Assembly: GCA_050084985.1 (NCBI GenBank) | Contig: JBITNC010000002.1 | Location: forward strand, 28,148,001-28,212,000 | DNA length: 64,000 nt | Source: Nageia nagi | Taxonomy: Eukaryota > Plantae > Pinophyta | Direction: 5' to 3' | In this document: positions 1-11,831 of the stretch, piece after piece | How the letters are laid out: each line of letters starts with the position of its first letter | Numbering within the stretch: position 1 is the stretch's first letter | Made by a program: the position numbers and the translations under genes | The notes under the pieces: generated by a model | What the model saw: only the letters and a program-made list of their open reading frames with translations | Database searches by the model: none | Told to the model about the DNA's origin: nothing

Positions 1-378
1 ATCTTATCATCCAATTGAGAAGGAAAAAGGGAAGTTCCATCTATCTTTCCAAAAAGTGGTTACAAAGAACCATGTGTAAGCATAACATCACTGAGTATTG
101 ACCTTCTAGAGTGAAGTATTCTCAAAGCTGCATGTCCTATCTAAAGAGCTTAGTACTCTTGCTATAAGATCCTTGTTGCAGTGGAATTGGACTCCTCCAA
201 TTTTGACCTAGCCATTCTCCTAGTTTTTTGCAAATGCTATTGAAAAAGCTTGATTGAATCCTTTGAGAGCCTCCATGTATGCTACCACTCTGTATCTGTA
301 AAACAAAATCTAGAGTTTCTTGTTTTCCTTCATATTAGCACAATTTAGAGGCTTAGTCCTCTTCCAAGTTTTTCCCAT
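1..378 (-). mobile_element. Remnant of an LTR-retrotransposon accessory ORF (Tat/Ogre-type extra ORF), disrupted
   Basis: From ATG 378: MGKTWKRTKPLNCANMKENKKL*ILF...YMEALKGFNQAFSIAFAKN*ENG*VKIGGVQF...DLIARV, then after a frameshift YFTLEGQYSVMLCLHMVLCNHF...WNFPF. Resembles, from memory, a gymnosperm retroelement accessory ORF. Many stops. Confidence 0.45.
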
Positions 379-760
379 GGTTAAACTTCCACTACTAGAG
401 ATGGAGAACAAAGGGTTAAAGATAAATTGGGAGGGCAAATGACTAATTAGAGGTGTGACGAGACTAATGGCAGCAAATATATGAATAAAAAGCAAGTTTA
501 AATGCCTTGACATGCTTGAGGAGTGGTGACCATACATCATATGTTGAGTGGGAGTGTACAAGTCAAATTTCCTTTGTAACATTTAAATTTTTTTTCAAGA
601 AGTTAAATTTAATAGTGACTTTGAATAATAAGCTTTCATTTTTTATATATTAAACTTTTATTTTTTATATAATATTTTTATGATTCATTAGTTTTCACAC
701 TGGTAGTTTACATGATACATTTTGTTATTATCAAATCAATAAATTTACAAAAAATATCTT

Positions 761-862
761 TTTTTTTTAATTTACAAAAGGGATTGGAACTCAAGACCTA
801 CCCATGATCATGATCATTGCAGACATCCTAAGGCCCAACTACTAGGCTGTCCTCACTGAACC
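761..862 (-). mobile_element. Possible short tRNA-derived SINE
   Basis: Minus strand has A-box-like TAGTAGTTGG, B-box-like GAGTTCCAATCC and an A tail (T run 759-768 on +). Imperfect flanking direct repeats TTTACAAAAAATATCTT (744-760) / TTTACAAAAAGACTCTT (864-880). Confidence 0.35.
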
Positions 863-1102
863 TTTTACAAAAAGACTCTTGATTATTATTATTAGTAAGA
901 TATGCTAAAAAGAAAACTAACAAGTGTAGAAAGAACACAAAAAGAATTTGATATTATTATTTTTTGGCTATGCAAATATCTATAAGGACATAAAACCTTT
1001 TTAAAAATTTAACTAGTATAAATTGATATTGTAGAGCAAATGAATTAAGTAAATCATAAATAAATACTAATACTTTTAACCAATAGCTTGGTTTTGTTTA
1101 TA

Positions 1103-2110
1103 GATGGTGTACACATAAGGAAGATGGCTTGGATCCTCATTTGCATTGACCATCATTTATGTTATGATCACCTCAGCATTAAGATAGATTCCATCAATTG
1201 CAATTTGCAACTCTCTCTTGACGAAACTCATCACAAAGTCACAGTAGATGGTTCTCAAGACAGTCACAACAGTTGGTTGTGAGACTTCAGATGCAGCAAG
1301 AAGGTAGCAGGGAAGAAAATCTAGACTTGAAGATACAAAGATTACAAAGACTCATAGCAAGTATACATTGTTCTTCATCAAAGTACATATTTCTAATCTT
1401 ACGTAATCTTATTCTTTTATTAGCCCATATTTCAACTCCAAATAGATTGGATGTGGAGATTCCAACTAAACAAAATGGAGATAGCAGCCCACACATTGCC
1501 ATATTCCCAGGTATCCAGATATATATGTATATCACATCTAATTGCATTGAATATTGTACAAGATGAATGAACTTTATTCATGGTAAGTATTTGAAGTAGT
1601 ATCTTATATTCTAAGAGTAGCAGGTTTGATCCAATGGACATGTTGGAGAGAATGAGGTGGAAGAGGCTCATGTTTGTTGGGGACTCTGTAAATCGTAACC
1701 AATGGGAATCCTTGCTCTGTATTCTAAGAACTGCAATCCTTGATTATAATAGAATCTCTTTTGCGCAATCCAAAGACGGCCTCAATGCTTTTGTAGCTCA
1801 GGCATGAAAGCTAATCTTTAAAAAAAGTTACAATATGAAATTTGGTTTGCTAATTAGATCTTCAATGCTTATTAGCCATTAAATTTATGTCTGATGCTGG
1901 ATTATAATTGTTAAATGATTATAGATTGTTAATGCTTATACATGCATGTTTGTTAAATGACCATAGATTGTTTGTTTTCATTTGATTGGCAGTTCAAACC
2001 AGTGGAAAAGGAAAAAGGGTCATAAATGTAATTTTGAGACTCAACCAATTCTGAATGAGGTCTATTTAAATCCATATCCTGCAAGAAGGAAAATGGTGGA
2101 TGATGTTGAT
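1103..2110 (+). pseudogene. TBL: TRICHOME BIREFRINGENCE-LIKE (PMR5N/PC-Esterase) O-acetyltransferase pseudogene
   Basis: Exon ending 1510 reads GDSN*TKWR*QPTHCHIP (stops 1467, 1482). GT..AG intron 1511-1623. Exon 1624-1801 reads RFDPMDMLERMRWKRLMFVGDSVNRNQWESLLC (GDS motif). Exon from 1993 reads W..CNFETQPILNE.YL.PYP. Middle exons and the C-terminal DxxH motif were not found. Confidence 0.85.
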
Positions 2111-3419
2111 GCAGATGGCATTTCCTGTTACTTTGATGAAGATAACGAGGCTTTTAGATTATTAGGGGAATTACGTGGTCACCATGGCTGATGACATGGA
2201 GCTTTAGAACGCGCTCTACCAGCGTTTGAAACCTTTGCGATTGGATGTCTCCTTGGCATGATTATTGAACAGAAGGCGTTTTCTTTGAATATTCAACCCT
2301 AATTTTGTTGGGAGCTAATTTTTTTTGTTATTAAGTCATTTATTTTTGTTAGACTGCTGATTAGGGAAAACATTTGGGATCATACTGTTTATGCTTATCA
2401 TTGGTACTCAATACTGCTCCATATGGAATAAAGAACCATCCATTTTTTTCATTCATTATCTATCGATATGGCTTTTTTGGAATATTCAGAAATCTCATGA
2501 GAATAATGTTTTGGCCTTTAAAAAGCATTACAACAGTTCCCTATCAATATGGCTTTTTTCTGGGATATTCAGAAATCTCATGAGAATATTGTAGTATTTT
2601 GTGCTTTTCATTTCGAGGTTTTGCCTTTTATCACCTGTATTTTTATTTCTCATTCTGCTGGGGAAAGTTTCTATTTTCTACCATGTTAGCGCACTTTAGG
2701 AGGTTGAATGTTTAGCTTTTGTGGATTGGGATTTTTGGCTTTGCTTTGTGGTGTTGATGTCATAAATGGCAATACATAGAAAGCATCTTTGTTATTGTTA
2801 TTATATTTATAAAAGTAAAAGTGCTCTATAAGATATGTATTAGTTTAAGTGTTGATATCTATGTATATATATTTATATGAGATGTATTTAGGGTAGGAAG
2901 AGTTTGAATGTTACCTCGTAATGTAAATATTTGATCGATTATTTTAATTTTATTAAAATTTTAACATAAAGTTGAATATATTAACAATTAACATTTAAAA
3001 AGGAAAAGAAAAATATAATATCAAATTTTAAATTTACATTTATTTAATTTCAGGATTTTAATTTTATATTTTAGGTATTTGAGGAATGATATCTCTTGGC
3101 ATTTTTTTGATATATAAGGAGTTATATCAAAGTTAGTTATATTTACTTGGTCATTGTATGATTAATATCTTTTACTATGATTGGTATTTGAAAGAATTAA
3201 CATGATCAATATCTCTTAAAATGATTGGTATTCGAAAGAATTAACAAAACTAATAGTTTGTTAAAAAATATCCTTTCAACACTTACTGTGGTAAAAGAAT
3301 GAAAACATTAAATAAGATAAATATTAATTTGAATATTTTTCATGTATAATTGCTTATCATATTCAGTACAAGATAGTTTATATCAGATATCATTTAAAAA
3401 ATAGTAATGTTTTTTATAA

Positions 3420-4835
3420 AAAAAAAAACTTAAACGTAATGTACATGGCTATAGAATTTGGTATTGGCCCAATCAGAGTGGACCATGGATAGAACAATGT
3501 GTGCGCAATTGCTAAGACCAAAGATGAGTCCAGAAGATACGAACGTGGTAAGACTGTTTGAGAGGATCCATCGACCAAAAGAGAGCCGATTATGATCATG
3601 GACTATTTGGGATGTTTAATTATTTGCAGATTCAAAAGCCGTCGGAGGGACTCCCAGGACTGAAGAATACGGTCCTTCTGAAGATTCATTGATTCCTCTC
3701 CAACCAGATTGCCCAGATAAGCATCGCAAGGGCAGCAAACCAAATTTGAAGGAGGGCTGAGTCTTTAGTAGCCGGGTTCCATTGCATCAACAGGTCAGAA
3801 ATGAAGGCAGGGCAGACCCATGAGCAGCCGAAGTGGGTGAGAATTCTTCCCCACAGGGAGTAGGCAAATTCACAGTGAAGGAGGAGGTGCTCTCCAGTTT
3901 CTTCAGTTTGATCACGAAGAATGCACTTGAAACGTGTAGGGATGATGCCTCTACGACATAGTTGGGCTCCCAAGAGAAAACTGTTATGAGCAGCAAGCCA
4001 AAGAAAAAAGTTAGCCTTGGAGGGTCCATGGCGAGAGTTTTGTAGACTGAGCTAACAGATAGTTGGCTGGTCTTGGATGGCATCCAGAGGATTGAATCCT
4101 CCCTAATATCATGCTTCAACTTGAACTTCCCTAGGAGAGATTTCAGTTGAGTGGATTCATTAGAAAGATGGCTAGGAACCTGGATAATATCCTTCCATTG
4201 CTTAGAAGGAGCACCATTATCATATTGCCAATGCCAATAGTTGGAAACATAGTCACCCCACACCTGGCATTAAAAGCGCTTGACCTGTTGAAAAGCTCCA
4301 GTATCAGAAGTGGTGAGCCATCGGGCCTTCCAGGAAGAGAGTTTCATTTTTACCTTGCTGGTCAGCTTGTCCCAAAATTCGCCAAGGTTGGCTCCTTGAA
4401 CTAGGGGCATACCCAAGTAGGAACTGCGAAGAGTGCCTATGCTCATACCAGTTAATTGGGAAAAAAGTTGAAGTTGGGTAAGTTTCACATTGAAACCAAA
4501 AAGTTGGGATTTGTCTAAATTAATTGCTTGTCCTGATGCTATTTCATAAGTGTGAAGCAGCCCTTTTAGAAGATGATTTAGGCCTTTATTGAGACTTTCA
4601 ACAATCAAAATAAAGAGGTAGGGAGAAAGAGGATTGTCTTGGTGGAGTCCCCTAGAGCTCTTGAAGAAACTTTTAGAACAACCATTAATCAAGATTGAGA
4701 AGGAAGAAGTGGAAAAGAGAGAAGTAACCCATTGTATTCTATCATCGGCAAAGCCAAATCTTTTTAACATCAAAATAAGAAAGTGCCAATTCAGTCTGTC
4801 AAAAGCTTTTTTCATGTCCAGTTTGAGTAAAAGAC
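3420..4835 (-). mobile_element. 5'-truncated, internally deleted L1-clade LINE (ORF2 RT and zf-RVT fragments)
   Basis: KLDMKKAFDRLNW...GLHQDNPLSPYLF...SGQAINLDKS...YLGMPL...KLSSWKARWL (4270-4815) and ETGEHLLLHCEFAYSLW...IWAIWLERN (3686-3973). Confidence 0.9.
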
Positions 4836-5307
4836 TTTTTTTAAGAATATAAAATTAATTAATTTCATAAGAAATATTATAGATAAAATTAATAAATTTA
4901 AGATATATAAATTTATGGTAATGGTATCTCAAATCAAATGATTTATCTTTGTACATAAAAAATCCTTTGTATTAGTGTATATGTTCATTGCACTCATGAA
5001 AACAAATATTATCTCTAATTCCAAAGTGCAACATGTTTTTTATTTCTTTACTTTTTATTGTTTTTTTTTGTATCTCAAGTATGTAGTTTTCATAGGATGC
5101 AACTAAATACTACTCCATTTTGAGTGTTTTAATGTAATGGGTAGAGGTTACTCTTCTTGCAGGCTTACTTTGAAATTATACATTGTTGTTCATTTCCATT
5201 TTTTATAGTCATTTACATACATAATCTTTCGATTTGAATAGATTTGAATCGAGCTAGTCGACCATGGTAACTCGAGAAAGTTAAACCTATTATCACTTAC
5301 AAAAAAT

Positions 5308-5700
5308 CAAGGTTCCACAAGAACACACTCCCTTTTAGGAGGGGCGATCTCAGCATTTTTGGCATTCGAGAGTAGATGTGGGAGCGTATCCCATCTGCTT
5401 CCTTTTTGGGGAGCAATTGGGAGATGTATAAGGAGCATTTTATAGCTTTGGGGGGTGCTCCCAAATGTTCAAGATAAATGGAAGCATCTCGAGAGCACCC
5501 CACTGCTCATGGGAATGGCTAATCACTCCTCAATCGTCCCAGGAGCACTTGAGCGCTCACAATTGGAGATTGATGCCCAACCAAAAAATAAAGTAATAAA
5601 AATTAAACATTTAACTTTAAAAGAAACATGGGGGTGGGTCCCACTAATGTCCCCATCCCCCCAAAAGCTTAAAAAAATAAACGTAAAGCATTCCCAATTG
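5308..5700. mobile_element. One terminus of a hAT-like non-autonomous element
   Basis: Starts CAAGGTTCCACAAGAACAC, similar to the reverse complement of the 38136 end (CAAGATTACATAGGAATGT). Followed by repeated GGGAGC/GCTCCC subterminal motifs. No partner end found. Confidence 0.4.
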
Positions 5701-6092
5701 AAAAACATAACCATTTCACATGTGTGAAGCCTTGAGAAGAAAAAAATAATAGTGAGAAGGAAAAAATAACACTCGGGATAGCATTAAGGAGGAGAAAATA
5801 ACTCATTAAAAATATTAATTAAAATCAGGATATATTACTAGTATATGAGCCCTTAGAGCCATAGTTCGATAGTTATAATTTTGTCATTTTGCTCCTATGA
5901 TTTTAGTACTATTGTATTTTTCATTTGAGATTTCATATCTATCATTATGTACTAGACTAATTTAGATTTAATGATATTATGGTAATTGATTATAGCTCAT
6001 TAAGGAGGTTTAACACCTCTCTTTGAGCACACTTTAGAGTCTTAAAGTACTAAGATGTTGAGATGCCCTTTAACATTTATTTTGTTGAAGGT

Positions 6093-9000
6093 ATAGACAT
6101 CATGAGCACATCCCTCCATCATTTGTTACAAGATAAACTCTAACACAAGCATGGTGGTGCAACCTTGATCCTCCTCCTTTATTATGTAGAGGGAATCACC
6201 ACGTTTGGTTGTCCATGAGATGGCGATCACGGTGGGACCTCCCTTGGTATTTTGAGCATCAACTTGGAGGGTTTTCTCAACCATTCCCTTTTGTTGGATG
6301 TTCATTTTTATCCCCTTCTCTTGCTTTTTCAATCATTTCCCATCACTAAAACGTGATGATTCTTTTAGAAAATCATATGAAGCATGCTATGAATCAGATT
6401 TTGAAGATTTGAAGTCCTCATTCTCAACCAATCTTTAGTTGATCTCTTGCAGATCGATTTGCAAAGTTTAGCCAACCTTTAATATACCAGTTAGCCCATC
6501 AGCTCCTTCACAGCCTACAAATTAGCCCAATAATGGTTATTGATATTTTCAAATTGCCTACCATTAGTCAATCGATCTGTAATAGACCGATCTATCTCTA
6601 TCAGTCGATTTTCAACAAACTAGTTCATCTTTGTCAAGTGGACCAATTGGTATCGATTTGCTTTGTTGTAGGGTCTTAGTCCTTTAGCTAGTTTTAGATC
6701 ATTTTTTATCATTTTATTAGTAGTATCGACCCTGTAACTAGGTGGCAACAATCCATTGCCTGTATTTTGAACCTAGTTTGTATTGTATAATTTGTTTTTA
6801 GCATTTTATTTTTAAATCTCTAGGTACTGTTGTGACTGACTAGCTGGCTAGTTACGATTGATCCATTGATTGGCACTGCTAACCAGTTTGTAGTGTATCA
6901 GTTAGGATCAAAGCTTATATAATAAGTATTGTACATGTTGAAAGCTCGGAGCAAAATCCCCTAGGATTGTATACCACTTTTGTTGTGCTTTACATTAGAT
7001 TTGTTTGTTATTTTCATTCTAGGTTTTTGTTTTTGCTTTTGCATTATTAAAAATTTTTGTCATAGGGTGGGACTGCCTTATCATATCTTGTGAAGGGTGT
7101 AAGTTGTAGTTTTGCATCCATTTATTTGCATATAATTATTCAATTAACTTTACATATTTAATCATATGAGCTTAGGATTTTTCTAGGAACATGGATTTCA
7201 CCACCACAGTGTCACCCACACTTGGAGGTTATTACCAAGGTGGGGTACTTGAGTTTGAGCTTTAAATGTTTCATCCCCTAAGAGATTGAGGCCTTTCCCA
7301 AAAATGCTTTACTAGATCAATCCTTAGGTAAACTAAATAATAGGTCAATTTACCATAAAATCAATCATCATTAATCAAGATAATAACTAAATTGAATAAG
7401 AAGAAATTAGATCATGATAATAATCATTTCTATCTTAATCATCATCAAATCATAATCATATAGGCACTACTATCTTATCATATAGGGTGTTTGTGAATTA
7501 ACTTTGGATACACTAAATCAAGATCATACAAAACCTTTAGACTTGGTGTTAATTTGCTTATCTTGTTTGGAACCTTTAGCATATTTAGATTTAGCAATAA
7601 TGTTGTTCTTTCCATTTATTCCTTTATTTGTAAGATTAATTAATCTTTGGAAATTTGATAGGGATCCTTATGTGAACATGGTAGCTACAGCTAGGTCAAA
7701 CCAACTAGAACAAGATCAAGGGCCACCATATCAATCTCTTCATTCTAGGACAATCACCCCTCAATCTCATGTTTCAACCCCCTCTCATGATTCTCATCCT
7801 TCTTGTCATTATTCTCCTCATGCTATTATGCCTCTTGGTTCCCAATTAGCTAGTGAAATCAAGTCTCATCCTTTATTTCAAAACCTTCCTTAAGCTATCA
7901 AAAATTAATTTATTAATGATCCCATCTTTCAAGAAAACTTGGCATCATTTTTGGAGCAATTTACCATTCACCATCATCATAACCAAATCATTCCATAATC
8001 TTCTTATCTTCAAAATGTGGTTTATCATTATGATCCTTCATATAATGATCCTCAACCATCTTTTTTCAACACCTCACCAATTGTTGCAACAACCCATCAC
8101 ATCTCAACCTTTGCAACAAATGGTCCCACAGGGATCCCTAACCACATCCATGTCAAGTGTTCCTCCTTTTGTATCAAGTGCACAACACATCAACCCTAAT
8201 CATGGATCAACATCTCTTCATCACATTCAACAAGCTATACCTCCTAGTCCACCAAAATCTTATGTTATGTAATCAAATTCGTTAATCACTCACAAATCAA
8301 CTTGTATCTCATGGTTTAGAGATACATCATAATCTCCCTCCCTTAAGAGTCCCACATCAAAATTAAAACCAATCAACTCAAGTTACCTATGTTGATCAAG
8401 TCTATACTTCCCATCAAGCAAATCTACAATATCCAAATCTAAACAAAATCCAATGTAACTTTCAACAAGTGGGTTCTCAAGGCATCATGAATCAAGCTTA
8501 TAAAAATGCGAGTCAACCCCCTTTCAACATGTGTATCAACCATCATATAAAAGTTAAGGATACATCAATCAAGTGGCTCATGCATACAGTTAATTTGTTC
8601 CTAATCTAACATGCTACCAACCATTGGGAAAAATATGCAACAAGGCTATCAACAACCAACCTATCAAGTGCAAAGCATGGTAACCCAACAACCTCCAATA
8701 GTTCATGATGATATCTTGAAGAGATTACAAGACATGGAATTAAGGATCAACAATCAAAACAAAAGTAACTTATCCTATCAATTGATTATCAATGAACCTA
8801 TCAAACCCATGGTTACAATCAAGCAATTTCTCTACAAGTTTGAAGTTCCTCAAATGGAGAAGTTCAAAGGTAAGGAAGATCCAAGAGAGCACTTGAGGCA
8901 ATTCAAGTATTCCTACTATCTTATAAGCAATAATGATGTCCTCATGCTTTGGATTGTTATAACAACTTGCCCCAACATAGCATCTATTCTTTCGAGCAAC

Positions 9001-9578
9001 TAGCTAATCTTTTCTTGTACTATTTTACCATCAACATAAGAAAAAGATCATCTATCATAGAATTAACAAGAATATCACAATATGATGATGAGTCTGTCAA
9101 TGATTATGTGACAATATGGAGAGCGATTGTAATAGATTTACTGTATACCTTAGCATAGGAAAAACTTATCAATATCTTTAGCGAGAGTTGTAATAAGCAA
9201 ATATCCTCCATCTTGCAAATACAACATCAAAAATCTTTTGAGTAAGTATTGTCATAAGCAAAGATCATTGAAGAAGTCAAGATCTAATTGGGTGATATCA
9301 AATTACACAAGAAGAATCATGATCAAAATAAAAAACGTAATGACAACTATCAAGCATATCAAAAGCAATCATCAAGTCAATCATCATACAAAGTAAACCA
9401 AAAAAATTTGGACCCTCAACCAATCATGCATGAGAAAGAGAAATTCAACAATCAAAGGTAAAGAAGAAGTTTCACTTCTTTGGGGGAGTCTTTATCGGAT
9501 ATCCTACCCAAGCTATTACAACTAATCTTTGACATTTCCCTCAATCAAGGAAAATCCTAAAGCATCAACAAGACCTTG
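6093..9578 (+). mobile_element. Degenerate Ty3/gypsy 5' portion (putative LTR, leader, gag), truncated by a later insertion
   Basis: Gag-like start MVATARS (about 7678), long Q/P/H/S-rich region, then Retrotrans_gag-like FEVPQMEKFKGKEDPREHLRQF...SFEQLANLF...Q.DDESVNDY (8611-9158), with stops and frameshifts. Left boundary uncertain. Confidence 0.7.
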
Positions 9579-10136
9579 TGTGATGTACCCCTTGCACAAT
9601 TGTAAATAATTTTAAAATCCAACGGATTTCCACTTTGTATTATATTTAATTATTTAATTATGCTTTTAAGTTAGTACTTGGGATAAAAGACTTAAAGGAT
9701 CATCGGATCCCACTGTGAGCCCCAAGTGGGATGTCTCCCTCCCAAGTGTAGATTAAAGTATTTTAATATACTTAGAGATCTTGAAACATGATTGTAGGAA
9801 TCTTAAGGTCTATTTAGTACTTAGTGGATGGATGAGAACTTAATGGTCCCAATGTTGAGATTGGAAGCACTTGTACATATGCACCAGCCTTAGGGAGACT
9901 TTTAGACCCCCATGTTGGTCCATGACACCCATGTTGCCCCTTATATGCCCATGCATGCCTTTGTAACCCACACATGCATTTTTTGACCCAAATGGAGCAT
10001 GAGGGAGGCCCAAATACCCACGTTGGACCTGGAATGACTCCTAGGTGCCAACATTGGGGCTTGAGGGGATTGGATGATGACACTGAGGTGAGATCTAAAC
10101 CTAGGAAAGCTATATCATCCCTTAGAGTCTTGTTGA

Positions 10137-10644
10137 TGTTAGAATTTATAATGCATTATTGTAAGGTCTCTTAATGTACTTAAAGGTATCCTTATATACC
10201 TTAAGTATTTAGTGAATATGATAATGTAATGTGTTCCATATGTAACTTTTCCTACACTCTATCTCATAAGCATGCCTCTTGAGTAAAAGTGTGATGCATG
10301 TCATGACTTTATACAATGATTAATAGGGTGATCCAAAGGAGAATTTTGGTCTATAAATAGAGGGCCCTCTCCTTGAGATTGTATACTTGGAGAAGCATGA
10401 AAATGCTAGTCTTGTAGAGTTGCATGCATGCTTTTATAGGAGTTTTGTAGGAGAATTCTTGAGAATTTGTAAGAAAGTTCACTTGTGATAAATAATAGAA
10501 AAGATAGTTCAAGTGGATGTATTCCCATGATGGAGGAACCACTATATTTGGTGTGTCTCATTATGCATGAACTTGTGTTTTTATGTTGAAGATTTATGGA
10601 ATCCTTCAAGATGATATTGATTATGGAATCATGCAATTCCATCA
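10137..10644 (+). repeat. 5' LTR of the EPFL-carrying copia element
   Basis: TG...CA ends, TATA (CTATAAATA) near 10351, aligns end to end with 13756-14279. Confidence 0.9.
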
Positions 10645-11131
10645 TTTGGTATTAAAATCATCTTGAAGGTTTATGCATTGAAAGGTAAAATATCCCAAAG
10701 TATCATTTCTTACTCCCTTGCATTCTTCTTAGAGCTATTTTTTGCAAATCTACCATTTCTTTATTAGTTACATTTTTTGACCTAAGATGTAATAAAATAC
10801 TATTGCAATGCAATTTAGACAAACAATTTTATTTCTTTTAGTTACATCGGCCAAAAGGCATATAGTTGTTCATAGTTCTGTGTACATCTATTGAAGGGAA
10901 GAGTCCACCCAAGAGGAGCAAATAGGCACCACAAGAAGGAGGGAAGGGGCCTCCGGGAGCCATGAAAGATAACAACAAAGGGTAGAAAGTTTAATCATTT
11001 GGATTCTCCCCACTGTACTCTATAGTTGCATGGTCAAGAAGGTCGTATTAAAGCATTTGCAACCTTAAGCCTGCCAGGCCATTAATATCCTCGTTGGACT
11101 ATTGTTGATGTTTGCTATATTTGGTGAAACA

Positions 11132-11831
11132 ATGGCAGCGCTTGGTAGGAAAGCCATGCCTGTAGTACCTAAATTATTATGTTTTATGAGAAGACATCTC
11201 GTGCAGGGAATGAGAAGACATCTTGTGCAGGTGATGCAGGTCTGCAGAGTTGAAGGCTTGCACGGACTAGTGTGCATCTATAAACAAAAAAAAATTACTA
11301 TTGCTTCTTCCCACTGCAACATAACGGCCTCTAGACATGTCGCAAGATATAAGGGCTCAAAAAGCTGCACAAACTGGCTTTAGTGAAACCCCAAATCTAT
11401 ATAAGCAAGGGGTTTCCATGCTTCATTTTCGATGTTTTTGGCGGTGCAGTCGTAAGCTGGTCCAACAAGCAAGCCTTTCGTTGGCTATTACCCTAAACCC
11501 TATCTTGTGCTATGTATATCCTAAGTTATTCTAATTGAACACGGTAACTAGAGAGGAGTTTTTTACTTTCTGTTACTTGCAGGTCTGCAGAATATTAGAA
11601 ACTTCTTCAGCTGGTTCATCTACATGGAAACTAGGGTTCTGCAACAGAGTGTTTCATACCAACACGGGAACAAAGAGGCGATTGACTGGCCCAGGTTTCC
11701 ATCCCCCATCCTGCGATGCTAAATGTGGGAGATGTGTGCATGTTCCCATTCATCCTAGTGGGAAAAGGCCTCTTGAATATTATTCAGAATCCTGGAGGTG
11801 TAAATGTGGCAATAAACCTTACATGCCTTGA
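11132..11831 (+). pseudogene. EPFL: EPIDERMAL PATTERNING FACTOR-LIKE (EPFL4/5/6-type) cysteine-rich peptide gene, disrupted
   Basis: Last exon (from acceptor TTGCAG 11582) reads KRRLTGPGFHPPSCDAKCGRCVHVPIHPSGKRPLEYYSESWRCKCGNKPYMP*, matching the EPFL4-6 pattern GPGS.PP.C..KCG.C.PC.PVHVP.....PLEYYPEAWRCKCG.K.MP. Upstream signal-like MAALGRKAMPVVPKLL/LLLPTA..TASRH; GTAAGC donor at 11452. Confidence 0.85.
11186..11291 (+). mobile_element. Short poly(A)-tailed retroposed insertion in EPFL exon 1
   Basis: Ends TAAACAAAAAAAA. Flanked by AAATTATTATGTTTT (11171) / AAATTACTATTGCTTC (11292). Internal 24-bp tandem duplication. Confidence 0.5.

Noticed and set aside
2455-3250. Two-copy direct repeats at 2461/2542 and 3158/3202
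   Set aside because: Ordinary local tandem duplications with no further structure.
5250-5278. Cluster of GTCGAC/CCATGG/CTCGAG sites resembling a vector polylinker
   Set aside because: Very short, no other vector sequence, and next to a TE end; chance or TE palindromes.
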